NCBI GenBank assembly: GCA_964526915.1
Contig: CAZGMS010000148.1
Span: forward strand, 19,063 to 83,062
Source: an uncultured Nitrospirales bacterium
GTDB lineage: Bacteria; UBA10199; JADGCS01
Direction: 5' to 3'
Length of the DNA: 64,000 nt
The translations under genes were made by a program, and so were the position numbers. Within the stretch, counting starts at the first letter, position 1, and each line of letters starts with the position of its first letter. The notes under the pieces are model-generated. The model saw nothing but the letters and a program-made list of their open reading frames with translations, had not been told where the DNA came from and searched no databases. Shown here one piece after another: positions 8,976-18,276 of this stretch.

Positions 8976-9046
8976 GTGGATCGTGGATCGTGGTTCGTGG
9001 ATCGCAAAACAGCTCTTTCACGATTCACTATACACGATCCACGATC
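8976..9046 (-). promoter_or_regulatory. intercistronic stem-loop between oppA and oppB (GTGGATC x4 tandem heptads paired with CACGATCCACGATC)
   Basis: 14-bp perfect inverted repeat with alternative slipped pairings; overlaps the oppA stop codon; position is analogous to REP/stem-loops that stabilise the upstream binding-protein mRNA in opp/mal/his operons. Confidence 0.45.
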
Positions 9047-10607
9047 AACGGTTTCTCACCGTCCACTCCCTCAGCTCCAACCCCGCGGGGTGGGTCTTCA
9101 CGTTGCCAAACCGCTTTGACACGGCAATGATGTTGGGCTGGTTATACAAAAACGTATACGGCTGTTCCTCGTGAATAATTTTGTGAAACAGCCGATATTT
9201 GACATTCCGCTTTTCTTCATCAAATTCTTCGCGCGCCTCGCGCATGAGCTTGGAGGCCTCCACGTTCACGTAGGAAATGTAGTTTGAACTGCTTTTGATG
9301 TTGGCCTGCGACATATCCCACACCTGATACGGATCGGCCTCAAACGGCATTGTGCACGCCAGTGTCACCACGTCAAAATCGCGGTTATAGAGCTTATCGA
9401 GGAAGGCCGCCCATTCCAGGCGACTCATGTTCATCTCGATGCCCACCCGCTGGAGGGCCTCCTTATAAATTGTCCCCACACGTTCAGCGAACTTGCTGCC
9501 CGATGGAAACAAATAAGTAAAGCTAAACCTCTTGCCCTCCTTGTCTAAAATGCCATCTCCATCAGAATCACGCCAACCCGCCGCTTTCAATAACGCCTTA
9601 GCTTGGGCAATGTTGTATTCGTGGGGCTCGATGGTGCTGTCGTACTGTTTGCTCCCTACAAAAAATGGCCCTGTCACAATCTCCCCCAGCCCAAAATTTA
9701 TTTTTTCGTTGATTTTTTTCCTGTTGAGCAATTGTGTCATGGCCTGACGCACCCGCGGATCCTGAAATATCGGGTGTTTGTTGTTCCAACCAATGTAGGA
9801 ATACCCCGTAGAGGGATATTTCAGGACATGAAACATGTCGGCAAATTTTTGGGAGCTTGTCTGGCGGGCCCATTGAATCGTGGTGAGGCCCATCACATCA
9901 AGTTCACCCTTCTTGAGAATCTGTAATCCGATTGCTGTATCGGACACAACCTTGAATTCAATAACCCTGATGGCTGGTTTGGGCCCCCAATAGGCCTCGT
10001 TTCGCTCCAAAACAATGTGACCATTGGTTACCCATTCCTTGAATTGATAGGGCCCCGTCCCCACGGGATGGCGCGAGAAGGGACTGGCATCAAAATCCTT
10101 ATAAGGGGACACAATGTGTTTGGGGACTATGGGAAAGGCGCCGCACATGATGAGTCCGCGAAAATAAACCTTATCGTACTCAAAGCGTACCGTGTACTCA
10201 TCGACCTTGTACACACGCTTGACGTCCTGATAATAACTCTTGAGTGCCGGAGCATTGAACTCGGGATTCATGAACACATCATTGTAGGAATACACCACGT
10301 CCTCAGCCGTAAAGGGCTGGCCATCGTGCCAGGTCACATCTTTGCGCAAATAAAACGTATAAATTTTTTTGTCGTCTGAGATTTCCCACCGCTCTGCCAG
10401 GGCAGGAATGTATGCCAGCGTATCTTTGTCTTGATCAATAAGGGTATCAAAAACGTAATTATTGACCATGTGGGCATACCCGTCCGAAGCAGTCATGGGA
10501 TTGAGCGTCGATGGATCGGAAGCGATCGCAATGCGGATGTGGTCTGGCGCCACAGAGCGGTTAACGTCACACGCACCCAGAACAAACACGACCAGCACCA
10601 CTGTCAT
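9045..10607 (-). CDS. oppA: oligopeptide-binding periplasmic lipoprotein (SBP family 5, OppA-like)
   Basis: Family-5 SBP motifs throughout; ATG 10607 gives lipoprotein signal MTVVLVVFVLGAC (lipobox LGAC); an in-frame ATG at 10664 abuts the upstream gene stop, so the start is ambiguous. Confidence 0.8.
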   Translation of the reverse strand: MTVVLVVFVLGACDVNRSVAPDHIRIAIASDPSTLNPMTASDGYAHMVNNYVFDTLIDQDKDTLAYIPALAERWEISDDKKIYTFYLRKDVTWHDGQPFTAEDVVYSYNDVFMNPEFNAPALKSYYQDVKRVYKVDEYTVRFEYDKVYFRGLIMCGAFPIVPKHIVSPYKDFDASPFSRHPVGTGPYQFKEWVTNGHIVLERNEAYWGPKPAIRVIEFKVVSDTAIGLQILKKGELDVMGLTTIQWARQTSSQKFADMFHVLKYPSTGYSYIGWNNKHPIFQDPRVRQAMTQLLNRKKINEKINFGLGEIVTGPFFVGSKQYDSTIEPHEYNIAQAKALLKAAGWRDSDGDGILDKEGKRFSFTYLFPSGSKFAERVGTIYKEALQRVGIEMNMSRLEWAAFLDKLYNRDFDVVTLACTMPFEADPYQVWDMSQANIKSSSNYISYVNVEASKLMREAREEFDEEKRNVKYRLFHKIIHEEQPYTFLYNQPNIIAVSKRFGNVKTHPAGLELREWTVRNR

Positions 10608-10664
10608 TAAGTGCCAATAAGAAAACCTGCCGAGAGTCACTTTTTTGGGTCCAGCCTGATACAT

Positions 10665-11210
10665 CTACATGAGCCTTTTAAATTTAATCCACTTCAAATC
10701 AAAAGAATTTTTTTTATGTTTGATCGAGATGTGTCTTGGATACCATCTGCCCGCCTTGACTTTGATGAAATCGTCAAACCCAATAAACAGGTCTTTCGTT
10801 TTGGGTTTGTGCCAACAAATCTGACTTTGTTGCTTCACGACCGTAAAACTTTTCCCCGGATCAAAAGAAATGATCTCTAAAAATTCCTTTTGCGACAATG
10901 GCAACGACACAAGTTTGGCAAACTTGTCTTTCTTGGCAAAACGCACCTCACCCGCCGCGCCAACCAGCATACCTCGAGCGTCAAAACTGATCCGGAACAC
11001 CTCTCCCCCGAAATCATCGAGACCCACAAAAGAAGCACCGTTTGGCCCCACGGACACAACTTGGTCCATTTCCAAATAAAGTTTTTTGCCTTCCAGCCTG
11101 ACCAAGGCCAACCCCTCAATTGCTGTCTCCGCGGCCTTGGCCGCTTGGGCCCAACAAAAGACGCACAAGAATACGGGGACGCTGAACAACACAAGCGCCG
11201 CATTTGTCAT
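10665..11210 (-). CDS. periplasmic hypothetical protein (possibly LolA-like fold), translationally coupled to oppA
   Basis: Signal peptide MTNAALVLFSVPVFLCVFCWAQA; about 180 aa and beta-rich; stop TAG at 10665-10667 lies immediately next to the 10664 oppA ATG. Confidence 0.35.
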   Translation of the reverse strand: MTNAALVLFSVPVFLCVFCWAQAAKAAETAIEGLALVRLEGKKLYLEMDQVVSVGPNGASFVGLDDFGGEVFRISFDARGMLVGAAGEVRFAKKDKFAKLVSLPLSQKEFLEIISFDPGKSFTVVKQQSQICWHKPKTKDLFIGFDDFIKVKAGRWYPRHISIKHKKNSFDLKWIKFKRLM

Positions 11211-11287
11211 TGTGAGAAGCCCAGCACCAAAAGTATTTTGGTGCTGGACGACGTGGCAATCTCCTTGTGACATACTTCAAGGCACCT

Positions 11288-12904
11288 CTAAAACTGTCCC
11301 AATTTACTTTTGATTGATTCCAGAATTTTTTTGTCATCGGCGGATTTCTTTTCGATCTTTTCGATCAGCAGCAACACTCGTTCGTAATACCCTCTGGCCT
11401 CTCTTTTGTTTTTGAGCTGAAAACACACATCGGCGAGGTGTTCCAAAATGGCCGGTTCGTTCGGACTCTGCCGATTCGCCCGCAACAGATGGCCCAGGGC
11501 TTTTTGATAATCCCCTTTCTGGTAATAATACCAACCAACGCTGTCGGTGATGTGTCCGTCATTTGGCTTAAGCTTGGCCGCCTTAAAGATGTATTGGGAG
11601 GCCTCTGTCAGATCATCCTTTTTTTCCAACATGGTGTATCCCAAATAATTCAGCACATCGTCAGCGTCTGGATTTTTGGTTACGATCTCCAACAAGGACC
11701 TTTTGGCTTCTTTCCAATCTCCCAGCCGATCTAAAATGATGGCGCGTTGAAACGACAACCGTTCCTCTTCGCCAAACATCATGAGCGCTTCATTCACCTG
11801 CGTCAGCGCTTGTCGGTACTCGGCCGCATACACCAGCAAAGATATTTTGAGCGCGTAAGATTCCGTTGTCTGGTTTTTTTTGCTGATCTTCTGATCAATC
11901 ATGGCAACAGCCGCCTTCACATCGTCCTTTTCCCTTAAAATATATAACAACCGGCTCAGCGCCTCCTTGAACAAGGGAGAATCCTCTCCCACACGGTCGA
12001 GGTACTTGAAGGCCTCTGGTAAATTCTTTTTTTCCAAATACAAAAGACCAAGAAAATAGTTGATGCGATCTGACTCGGGAAATCTTTTCACCACATCCAA
12101 AAACTCTGTGATGGCTTCATCAATTTGTTTGAGTTCGTAATAGGTTAATCCCGTACGTATGTAATACGTGACATCTTGCGGGTAAAGTTTTTTGAGCTGT
12201 GAAAAAATCTCGAGGGCCTTGACGTATTCTTTTTTCTGGAGATAGATTTCGCCCACCGTCTGCAAGACCTTGGGGTTCTCGGGATCTGCCTCTTGAATCA
12301 TGTCAAAATACTTCAGGGCCTGATCATGTTGTTTTTGCTCAAGGTAGATGGTTGCCAGATAATACAAACAGCCCATGGGTTCGCTGATTTCGTCCAGACA
12401 TGCGTTGAGTGACGTGATAGCATTGTTTTGAAGCCCCAGCGTCAGGTATTCCCGTGCCATGATATTGTAAAGCTCCTCGTTTCTTCTGTCCTGCTCGAGG
12501 GCCTTTTTATAATAAGCAATTGCCATATCGGGATCTTTTTTGGCCGCATACAATTTGCCGAGCAAAATGAGGATCTCCACATTGTTGGGATCCTTCTCCA
12601 TGGATTTTTGTGCAAATTTAAGGGCCTCATCCCAATTGGATTTGCGGGCAACCGAGATGGCCTTCTGGGCCCACAAGTAGGCTGAGTCCTTGTCCTTCTT
12701 GACGGCCATATCCAACATGAGGTCAGACTCATCGATGGTTTCCTGCCGATTGAGCAGTTGTGCCATCATGAAATAGTAATAACTATTTTGCTTGCCGTTC
12801 ATTTTTTTGAGATATGCCGATGTGGCTGTTTTGGAGGCCCCGCCGCAGGACGAGGCCAGGATAGCCATGACGAGAATGATCATCGTTGAGTGTACTGTTT
12901 TCAT
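11288..12904 (-). CDS. TPR-repeat lipoprotein
   Basis: Lipoprotein signal MKTVHSTMIILVMAILASSCGG; more than 10 TPR-like 34-residue repeats (e.g. AxxYYKKALEQDPxN). Confidence 0.6.
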   Translation of the reverse strand: MKTVHSTMIILVMAILASSCGGASKTATSAYLKKMNGKQNSYYYFMMAQLLNRQETIDESDLMLDMAVKKDKDSAYLWAQKAISVARKSNWDEALKFAQKSMEKDPNNVEILILLGKLYAAKKDPDMAIAYYKKALEQDRRNEELYNIMAREYLTLGLQNNAITSLNACLDEISEPMGCLYYLATIYLEQKQHDQALKYFDMIQEADPENPKVLQTVGEIYLQKKEYVKALEIFSQLKKLYPQDVTYYIRTGLTYYELKQIDEAITEFLDVVKRFPESDRINYFLGLLYLEKKNLPEAFKYLDRVGEDSPLFKEALSRLLYILREKDDVKAAVAMIDQKISKKNQTTESYALKISLLVYAAEYRQALTQVNEALMMFGEEERLSFQRAIILDRLGDWKEAKRSLLEIVTKNPDADDVLNYLGYTMLEKKDDLTEASQYIFKAAKLKPNDGHITDSVGWYYYQKGDYQKALGHLLRANRQSPNEPAILEHLADVCFQLKNKREARGYYERVLLLIEKIEKKSADDKKILESIKSKLGQF

Positions 12905-12927
12905 ATTTCGATTTCCAACATGCTGGA

Positions 12928-13734
12928 TCAAAAACCCAAAACATCACGCATATCGTACAGGCCTGGTTTTTGCTCAGCAATCCATTTGGCCGCTCGCAAG
13001 GCTCCTTGGGCAAACGTCTGTCTGTTCGTGACCACGTGTTTTAACTCAAGCCGCTCCCCTTGGCCACAAAAATAAACACAGTGTTCTCCCACGATATCGC
13101 CACCGCGCATGACCTGCATCCCAATCTCGCTTTTCCTGCGAGGTTCTTGCCGGGCCTGTCGCTCATAAGACAAGTCTTGTGGGTACTGTCGGCCTGTCTT
13201 TTCGCACAAAATCTGGGCAATGCGTTTGGCCGTTCCCGAGGGAGCATCAACTTTATTTTTGTGATGAGCTTCGGAGATTTCAATGTCAAAATCTTCGTTC
13301 AGCACCTCGGCCACCTGCGCCAAGATCGAAAACAAAACATTCACGCCTGTGCTCATATTGGGCGCCCGAACAATGGGGATAAATTTGCCTGTTTCTAAAA
13401 TGATCTGCTCTTGCCCGGCATTCAAGCCCGTTGTCCCAACGATCAGGGGCGCTTTATGCTTTTGGCAAATGCCGACATGATGTATCGTGCTGACGGGGGA
13501 AGAAAAGTCAATCACCACACCAAAGTTCTCCTTGAAAACACTGTCAAGATCTGACCCGATGATCACCCCCAGATGTGCTCCACCAGCATTCGCGCCGGCA
13601 TCTTTGCCCAACGCAGAACAATGCACAGAATCAGTCGCCCCCACCAGCCTGAGCTGGGGATCTGCCTGAACGGCCTGGATCACATTCTTACCCATGCGTC
13701 CATTGGCCCCCACAATGATGATGTTCGTTGTCAT
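12928..13734 (-). CDS. dapB: 4-hydroxy-tetrahydrodipicolinate reductase
   Basis: N-terminal NAD(P) fold IIIVGANGRMGKNV, DapB motifs HHxxKxDAPSGTA (EAHHKNKVDAPSGTA). Confidence 0.85.
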   Translation of the reverse strand: MTTNIIIVGANGRMGKNVIQAVQADPQLRLVGATDSVHCSALGKDAGANAGGAHLGVIIGSDLDSVFKENFGVVIDFSSPVSTIHHVGICQKHKAPLIVGTTGLNAGQEQIILETGKFIPIVRAPNMSTGVNVLFSILAQVAEVLNEDFDIEISEAHHKNKVDAPSGTAKRIAQILCEKTGRQYPQDLSYERQARQEPRRKSEIGMQVMRGGDIVGEHCVYFCGQGERLELKHVVTNRQTFAQGALRAAKWIAEQKPGLYDMRDVLGF

Positions 13735-13735
13735 T

Positions 13736-14647
13736 TCACACCCTTTCCTTTCGGTGTTGCCTGCTGGTTATCGAAAAACCTTTATCGGCCAAAACGGTCT
13801 TTAGTTTATCGCGATTCTCTGGGCTCAAACACACCAGCGGCAGGCGATATTCTTCTTGTATGAACCCCATCATGGCCAAGACTGCTTTGACTGGAATCGG
13901 ATTCGTTTCGACAAATAGGATTTTGTGCAAAGCCAACAAGTCTTCGTGAATTTTTTGGGCCGTGTCAAAATCACCTTCCTGAACAGCTCGGTACTGCCTC
14001 GCACATTCCCTTGGTGTGATGTTACAGGTCACCGAAATCGCCCCTCGTGCCCCCAAACGATAGAGATCACAAGTCAAAGCATCTTCGCCGGACAGCAAGG
14101 CAAAAAAATCATCCGTTTCCTGTATAATCGTTTTGGCTTGGTCCAGATTCCCACTGGCCTCTTTGATCCCAACGATCGTATCGATCTTCGACAACCTGAC
14201 AGTCGTCTGCGGCAACATATTCACCGCGGTTCTGCCCGGCACATTGTACAACACGATGGGCAGGTCCGCAGATTTTGCGATGGCCTGAAAGTGCTGATAC
14301 AGCCCCTCTTGCGGGGGTTTGTTGTAATAAGGTGTGATTTGCAATGATCCCTGCGCACCAGCGGCTTTACAAAATTTGTGCCTCTTGATCGCCCTTTGTG
14401 TGTCGTTGGAACCAGCCCCCGCCAAAACCTTTGCCCTGCCCGCAACATGTTCGACGGTAATCGCGACAACCCTTTCGAACTCCTGTTCGGACAAGGTTGC
14501 CGATTCCCCCGTGGTGCCACAAGGAACGACACACGAGGTTCCCGCCCCAAGCTGAAAATCGATCAGGCCCCGCAGAGCCAGTTCATCAATGAACCCACCC
14601 TTGAAGGGTGTTACGATTGCCACCATGGAACCTTGAAAATCTTTCAT
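13736..14647 (-). CDS. dapA: 4-hydroxy-tetrahydrodipicolinate synthase
   Basis: DapA motifs VAIVTPF, CGTTGES, active-site Lys region GIKEASGN. Confidence 0.85.
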   Translation of the reverse strand: MKDFQGSMVAIVTPFKGGFIDELALRGLIDFQLGAGTSCVVPCGTTGESATLSEQEFERVVAITVEHVAGRAKVLAGAGSNDTQRAIKRHKFCKAAGAQGSLQITPYYNKPPQEGLYQHFQAIAKSADLPIVLYNVPGRTAVNMLPQTTVRLSKIDTIVGIKEASGNLDQAKTIIQETDDFFALLSGEDALTCDLYRLGARGAISVTCNITPRECARQYRAVQEGDFDTAQKIHEDLLALHKILFVETNPIPVKAVLAMMGFIQEEYRLPLVCLSPENRDKLKTVLADKGFSITSRQHRKERV

Positions 14648-14670
14648 GAATTCCTTTCAGCTTTCACCTT

Positions 14671-15567
14671 TCAGCTTTGAGCTTGTATCTCCCCCTCAAA
14701 CACAGTGGTCGCCGGACCTGTTTTGATGACGTGTCCGGTCCTCTGCGACCATTTGATTTCCAGATCACCTCCTTTGAGTGAAACGGTCACGTTTTTATCT
14801 GTCATGTTGTTGAGCACACTGGCCACCACAGAGGCACAAGCACCTGTCCCACAAGCCAGAGTCTCTCCCACGCCGCGTTCCCACGTACGTTGTTTGATGC
14901 GGTTGCGGTCGATGATTTGAACAAACTCAACATTCGTGCGATTGGGAAACCTGGGGTGGTTTTCAAAATAAGGGCCAACGCGCTCAACGGGATAATGTTC
15001 CACATCGTGAACAAAGATCACGCAATGCGGATTTCCCATGGATATTTCATTAATAAAAAACCTGCGCTGATCGTCTGACCGCCAGGATGCCGGGACTTGA
15101 TCAACGGTAATCGGAACCTCAATGTTCCAGGGCGGCAACTGGACAACAGCAGGAGACGTTTTGGCGTGAATGGATTGGGGTTCACCCATGTCGACCTTCA
15201 CCCAAAGGGTGCTCGGTATTGTTCTTGGATGATCGAGAACAATCTCTGGTTTGATCAGTCCTGCCGCTGTTTCGACCACTAACTCAGTTTGTTGCGTGAG
15301 TCCCTGGTCTCGAACGTACTTGGCAAAACAGCGAATCCCGTTGCCGCACATTTCGACCTCACCACCATCGGCGTTGAAAATGAGCATCTTAAAATCGGCC
15401 GCTGTGCTTGGTTGTACGACCAAAACCTGATCGGCACCAATGCCAAACCGTCGGTCACAGATTTTTTTGGACAACTGACCTAAGTAAGGGGGAAGCGTTT
15501 GACTAATCCCATTGAGAATGATGAAATCATTGCCCGTCCCGTGCATTTTTGTGAATGAAATTTGCAT
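14671..15567 (-). CDS. dapF: diaminopimelate epimerase
   Basis: MHGTGNDFIIL, catalytic Cys motifs CGNGIRC and ACGTGACA. Confidence 0.85.
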   Translation of the reverse strand: MQISFTKMHGTGNDFIILNGISQTLPPYLGQLSKKICDRRFGIGADQVLVVQPSTAADFKMLIFNADGGEVEMCGNGIRCFAKYVRDQGLTQQTELVVETAAGLIKPEIVLDHPRTIPSTLWVKVDMGEPQSIHAKTSPAVVQLPPWNIEVPITVDQVPASWRSDDQRRFFINEISMGNPHCVIFVHDVEHYPVERVGPYFENHPRFPNRTNVEFVQIIDRNRIKQRTWERGVGETLACGTGACASVVASVLNNMTDKNVTVSLKGGDLEIKWSQRTGHVIKTGPATTVFEGEIQAQS

Positions 15568-15615
15568 CGTACCCAGCTAACAGAAGGTTGCCCATTGGTC
15601 AAATAACCCCCGTTT

Positions 15616-16623
15616 TCACCCCGCGTGAAACTCCCGCGCCATATTGGCAAATTGTTTGAGTGAAGAAAATCCATCGATCACGGCACTGGGCTCGTAACCG
15701 CAACTCACCATGCAGTCCGCACATTTGGGATTTGTTGTATGCCCGTATTTTTCCCAGTCCGTGCTATTGACAAGCTCCTGATACGTTTGGGCAAAGCCTT
15801 CTTCCAGAAGATAACAGGGTCTTTGCCAGCCAAATACGTTACGGGTGGGGCATCCCCAAGGGGTACAGCTATAATCTTTCTCACCAGTCAAAAATTTGAG
15901 ATAAAACGGAGACTGATTGAATTGCCAGTGTGCTTTTTTATCTGACAAAACCTTACGAAAATATTCCCGTGATTTTGTACGATGGAGGAATCCGTCCTGG
16001 TCCTTTGCCTTCACATAGGGATAGGCTGGTGACAACACCATGCCCTCAACACCAAGCCCCATGGCAAAATCAAAAAAAGAACGAACCCGTTCCGGGTCAA
16101 CCCAATCAAACAGGGTTGTGTTCGTGGTCACACGAAACCCTTTTGCCAGGGCCTCCTTAATGCCGGCAACAGCCTGATCAAAAACCCCATCACGACACAC
16201 AGCCCGATCATGCTCTTCCTTGAGTCCATCAAGATGCACACTGAAGGTGAGGTACTTAGAGGGCTGGAACAGCGATAACTTGCGTTTGAGCAAGATGGCA
16301 TTGGTACAAAGATAAATGTAGCGTTTCTGTTTGATGAGCCCCGCCACAATTTCGCCAATCTCTGGGTGAAGCAGGGGCTCTCCTCCGGGAAGGGACACCA
16401 CGGGAGCACCACATTCGTCGGCGGCTGATAAACAGTCCTTAACCGAAAGTTGTTTGTTCAGAATTTCTTCTGAATATTGTATTTTGCCACAACCTGCGCA
16501 CGACAAATTGCACCTGAAGAGAGGCTCCAGCATCAAAACCAGTGGGTATTTATTATTGCCCCTGAGTTTTTGCCCAACAATGTACGAAAAAACCCTGAGG
16601 CCTTGTGAAAGAGGTATGGACAT
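15616..16623 (-). CDS. hpnH: radical SAM protein, HpnH-family (adenosylhopane synthase-like)
   Basis: CX3CX2C cluster RCNLSCAGCGK preceded by YPLVLMLEPLF, then GAPVVSLPGGEPLLH and TPWGCPTRNVFGWQRPCYLL; these match the conserved HpnH sequence signature as I recall it. Confidence 0.6.
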   Translation of the reverse strand: MSIPLSQGLRVFSYIVGQKLRGNNKYPLVLMLEPLFRCNLSCAGCGKIQYSEEILNKQLSVKDCLSAADECGAPVVSLPGGEPLLHPEIGEIVAGLIKQKRYIYLCTNAILLKRKLSLFQPSKYLTFSVHLDGLKEEHDRAVCRDGVFDQAVAGIKEALAKGFRVTTNTTLFDWVDPERVRSFFDFAMGLGVEGMVLSPAYPYVKAKDQDGFLHRTKSREYFRKVLSDKKAHWQFNQSPFYLKFLTGEKDYSCTPWGCPTRNVFGWQRPCYLLEEGFAQTYQELVNSTDWEKYGHTTNPKCADCMVSCGYEPSAVIDGFSSLKQFANMAREFHAG

Positions 16624-16648
16624 AATAGCCAGTTAACAGAGGTGTTCG

Positions 16649-17296
16649 TTATTTGAATGAGGAGGCGATCGTGGCAATGAAGGCGCTAAACGTGAAGGCA
16701 AACACCCCCAACAGACAACAACAGCCACACGCCAATAACAAAACAGAGCACGCCGCACGCGTGGTAGAAATTTCGTGCGCCTTGGCCTGCCCGCCAATGT
16801 TGACCAGCAGGTGATACACAATGCCGACGATCGTTCCCAACACAGGCACGATGCCAAAGATACCGATCAACGTCCCCAAACCATACACCGTAGCCGTCGT
16901 TCTGTAATCTTTTTTTGACCCTCCCACCAGAGTGAACAGCAGGTGATAGATGCCAGCCAAGACATAGGTGATTCCCAAAAAAACAAACGGCAAAACAATG
17001 ATGCCGCACAAATAGCCCGGAAGGCCCGCCACGACCTGTGCTGGTTTGTGGGTAACAAACTGCACCATAGACTGCGAAATGAAAGAGGAAACTGTGACCA
17101 AAATACAATTGATATAGATGAATACTGACAGACTAAAATAGTTTTGAAACGGTTTGATCGTGGCAAAATAACTTACTGGGTGTAATATGACCTGCCACAC
17201 CGTATTAACATATGACCGCAAGGGATCCGTCTTGTAATTGGCTTCCCATTCGCACATGACTTGGACGTTATTTGTTGGGGGGGTTGTGTTTTCCAT
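16649..17296 (-). CDS. Yip1-family multi-pass membrane protein
   Basis: About 215 aa, 5 predicted TM helices, N-terminal cytosolic region with PVSYFATIKP-type Yip1 pattern; contains a G7 tract at 17277-17283 in codons 5-7. Confidence 0.4.
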   Translation of the reverse strand: MENTTPPTNNVQVMCEWEANYKTDPLRSYVNTVWQVILHPVSYFATIKPFQNYFSLSVFIYINCILVTVSSFISQSMVQFVTHKPAQVVAGLPGYLCGIIVLPFVFLGITYVLAGIYHLLFTLVGGSKKDYRTTATVYGLGTLIGIFGIVPVLGTIVGIVYHLLVNIGGQAKAHEISTTRAACSVLLLACGCCCLLGVFAFTFSAFIATIASSFK

Positions 17297-17337
17297 GTTG
17301 CTTCACTATTAGGCACCAGACAAGATGACAAGCATTT

Positions 17338-18276
17338 TTGCGTGCGTACGTGTTGACGTACGTGCGTGCGTGCGTTAGAAAAGTGTTCGTGAGCACACAA
17401 AAACAGCAAAACTGGCTGGAAGCCAAATGGCTGATTGATCCCTCAAACACCGAACTCTTTCAGGAGAGGCTGGAACAATACGGCTCCCTGGGCAGTTATG
17501 AAAATCTCCCCATGGAGCCCACAGGACAAGAAACAGACATCGAGCTGATCTCCTATTTTCCAGACACTGCTGATGTCAATGCTCTGGCCGCTCAATTACA
17601 ATCCCTCGAAAACAACACAACCAGGTTGTTGACCGTCAAAAAAATCCCGCAGGGCAACTGGGCCACCGAATGGAAAAAATATTTCAAACCTTTTCTTTTT
17701 GCCGATAACATTGTCATCCGCCCCAGCTGGGAACCCTACACACCCAAACAAAATGAAATCGTTCTCACGATCGATCCGGGCATGGCGTTCGGGACAGGGC
17801 AACACGACACCACACAGTTTTGTGCGAGTCTGATTTGCAAAATCAAAAAACAAAGACCTGAACTATCCACCTTGATTGACGTCGGTTGCGGGAGCGGCAT
17901 TTTGTCCCTATTGGCCAGCCTGATTGGGTTTCAAAAAGTCGTGGGGTTCGATGTGGATGAAACAGCCATTGAGACCGCATTTGAAAATCTGGAAAAAAAT
18001 CCCTCAGTCCGTAATGTTGATTTCAGACTCAGCAAAGGCACCATCAGTGAACTTTTCCTTCATCCGGCGGATGTGGTGGCGGCAAACATCATTGCCGAAA
18101 CATTGGTAGAGTTGCGCGATGATCTTGTGTCGTTGGTCGCAAAAAATGGTTGCCTGATCTTATCCGGAATTTTGCCCGACAAAGACGAGCTCATCAAAAA
18201 AAGTTTTTCTGATCTTGTCCTTTGCGAAATGGCGCAGTCACAAAATTGGTATGCCTATCTTTATTGTAAAAAATAA
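17338..18276 (+). CDS. prmA: ribosomal protein L11 methyltransferase
   Basis: DPGMAFGTGQHDTT and SAM motif IDVGCGSGILSL. The listed ORF starts at TTG 17338 inside a GT/CG alternating tract; the true start is more likely GTG 17386/17392 (VFVSTQKQQNWLEAKW aligning with the E. coli MPWIQLK N-terminus). Confidence 0.75.
   Translation: MRAYVLTYVRACVRKVFVSTQKQQNWLEAKWLIDPSNTELFQERLEQYGSLGSYENLPMEPTGQETDIELISYFPDTADVNALAAQLQSLENNTTRLLTVKKIPQGNWATEWKKYFKPFLFADNIVIRPSWEPYTPKQNEIVLTIDPGMAFGTGQHDTTQFCASLICKIKKQRPELSTLIDVGCGSGILSLLASLIGFQKVVGFDVDETAIETAFENLEKNPSVRNVDFRLSKGTISELFLHPADVVAANIIAETLVELRDDLVSLVAKNGCLILSGILPDKDELIKKSFSDLVLCEMAQSQNWYAYLYCKK

Noticed and set aside
17277-17283. G7 tract in codons 5-7 of the Yip1 gene as a phase-variable switch
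   Set aside because: Seven Gs encoding Pro-Pro is at the low end for slipped-strand variation and there is no supporting context. The G9 intergenic tract in the island was reported instead.
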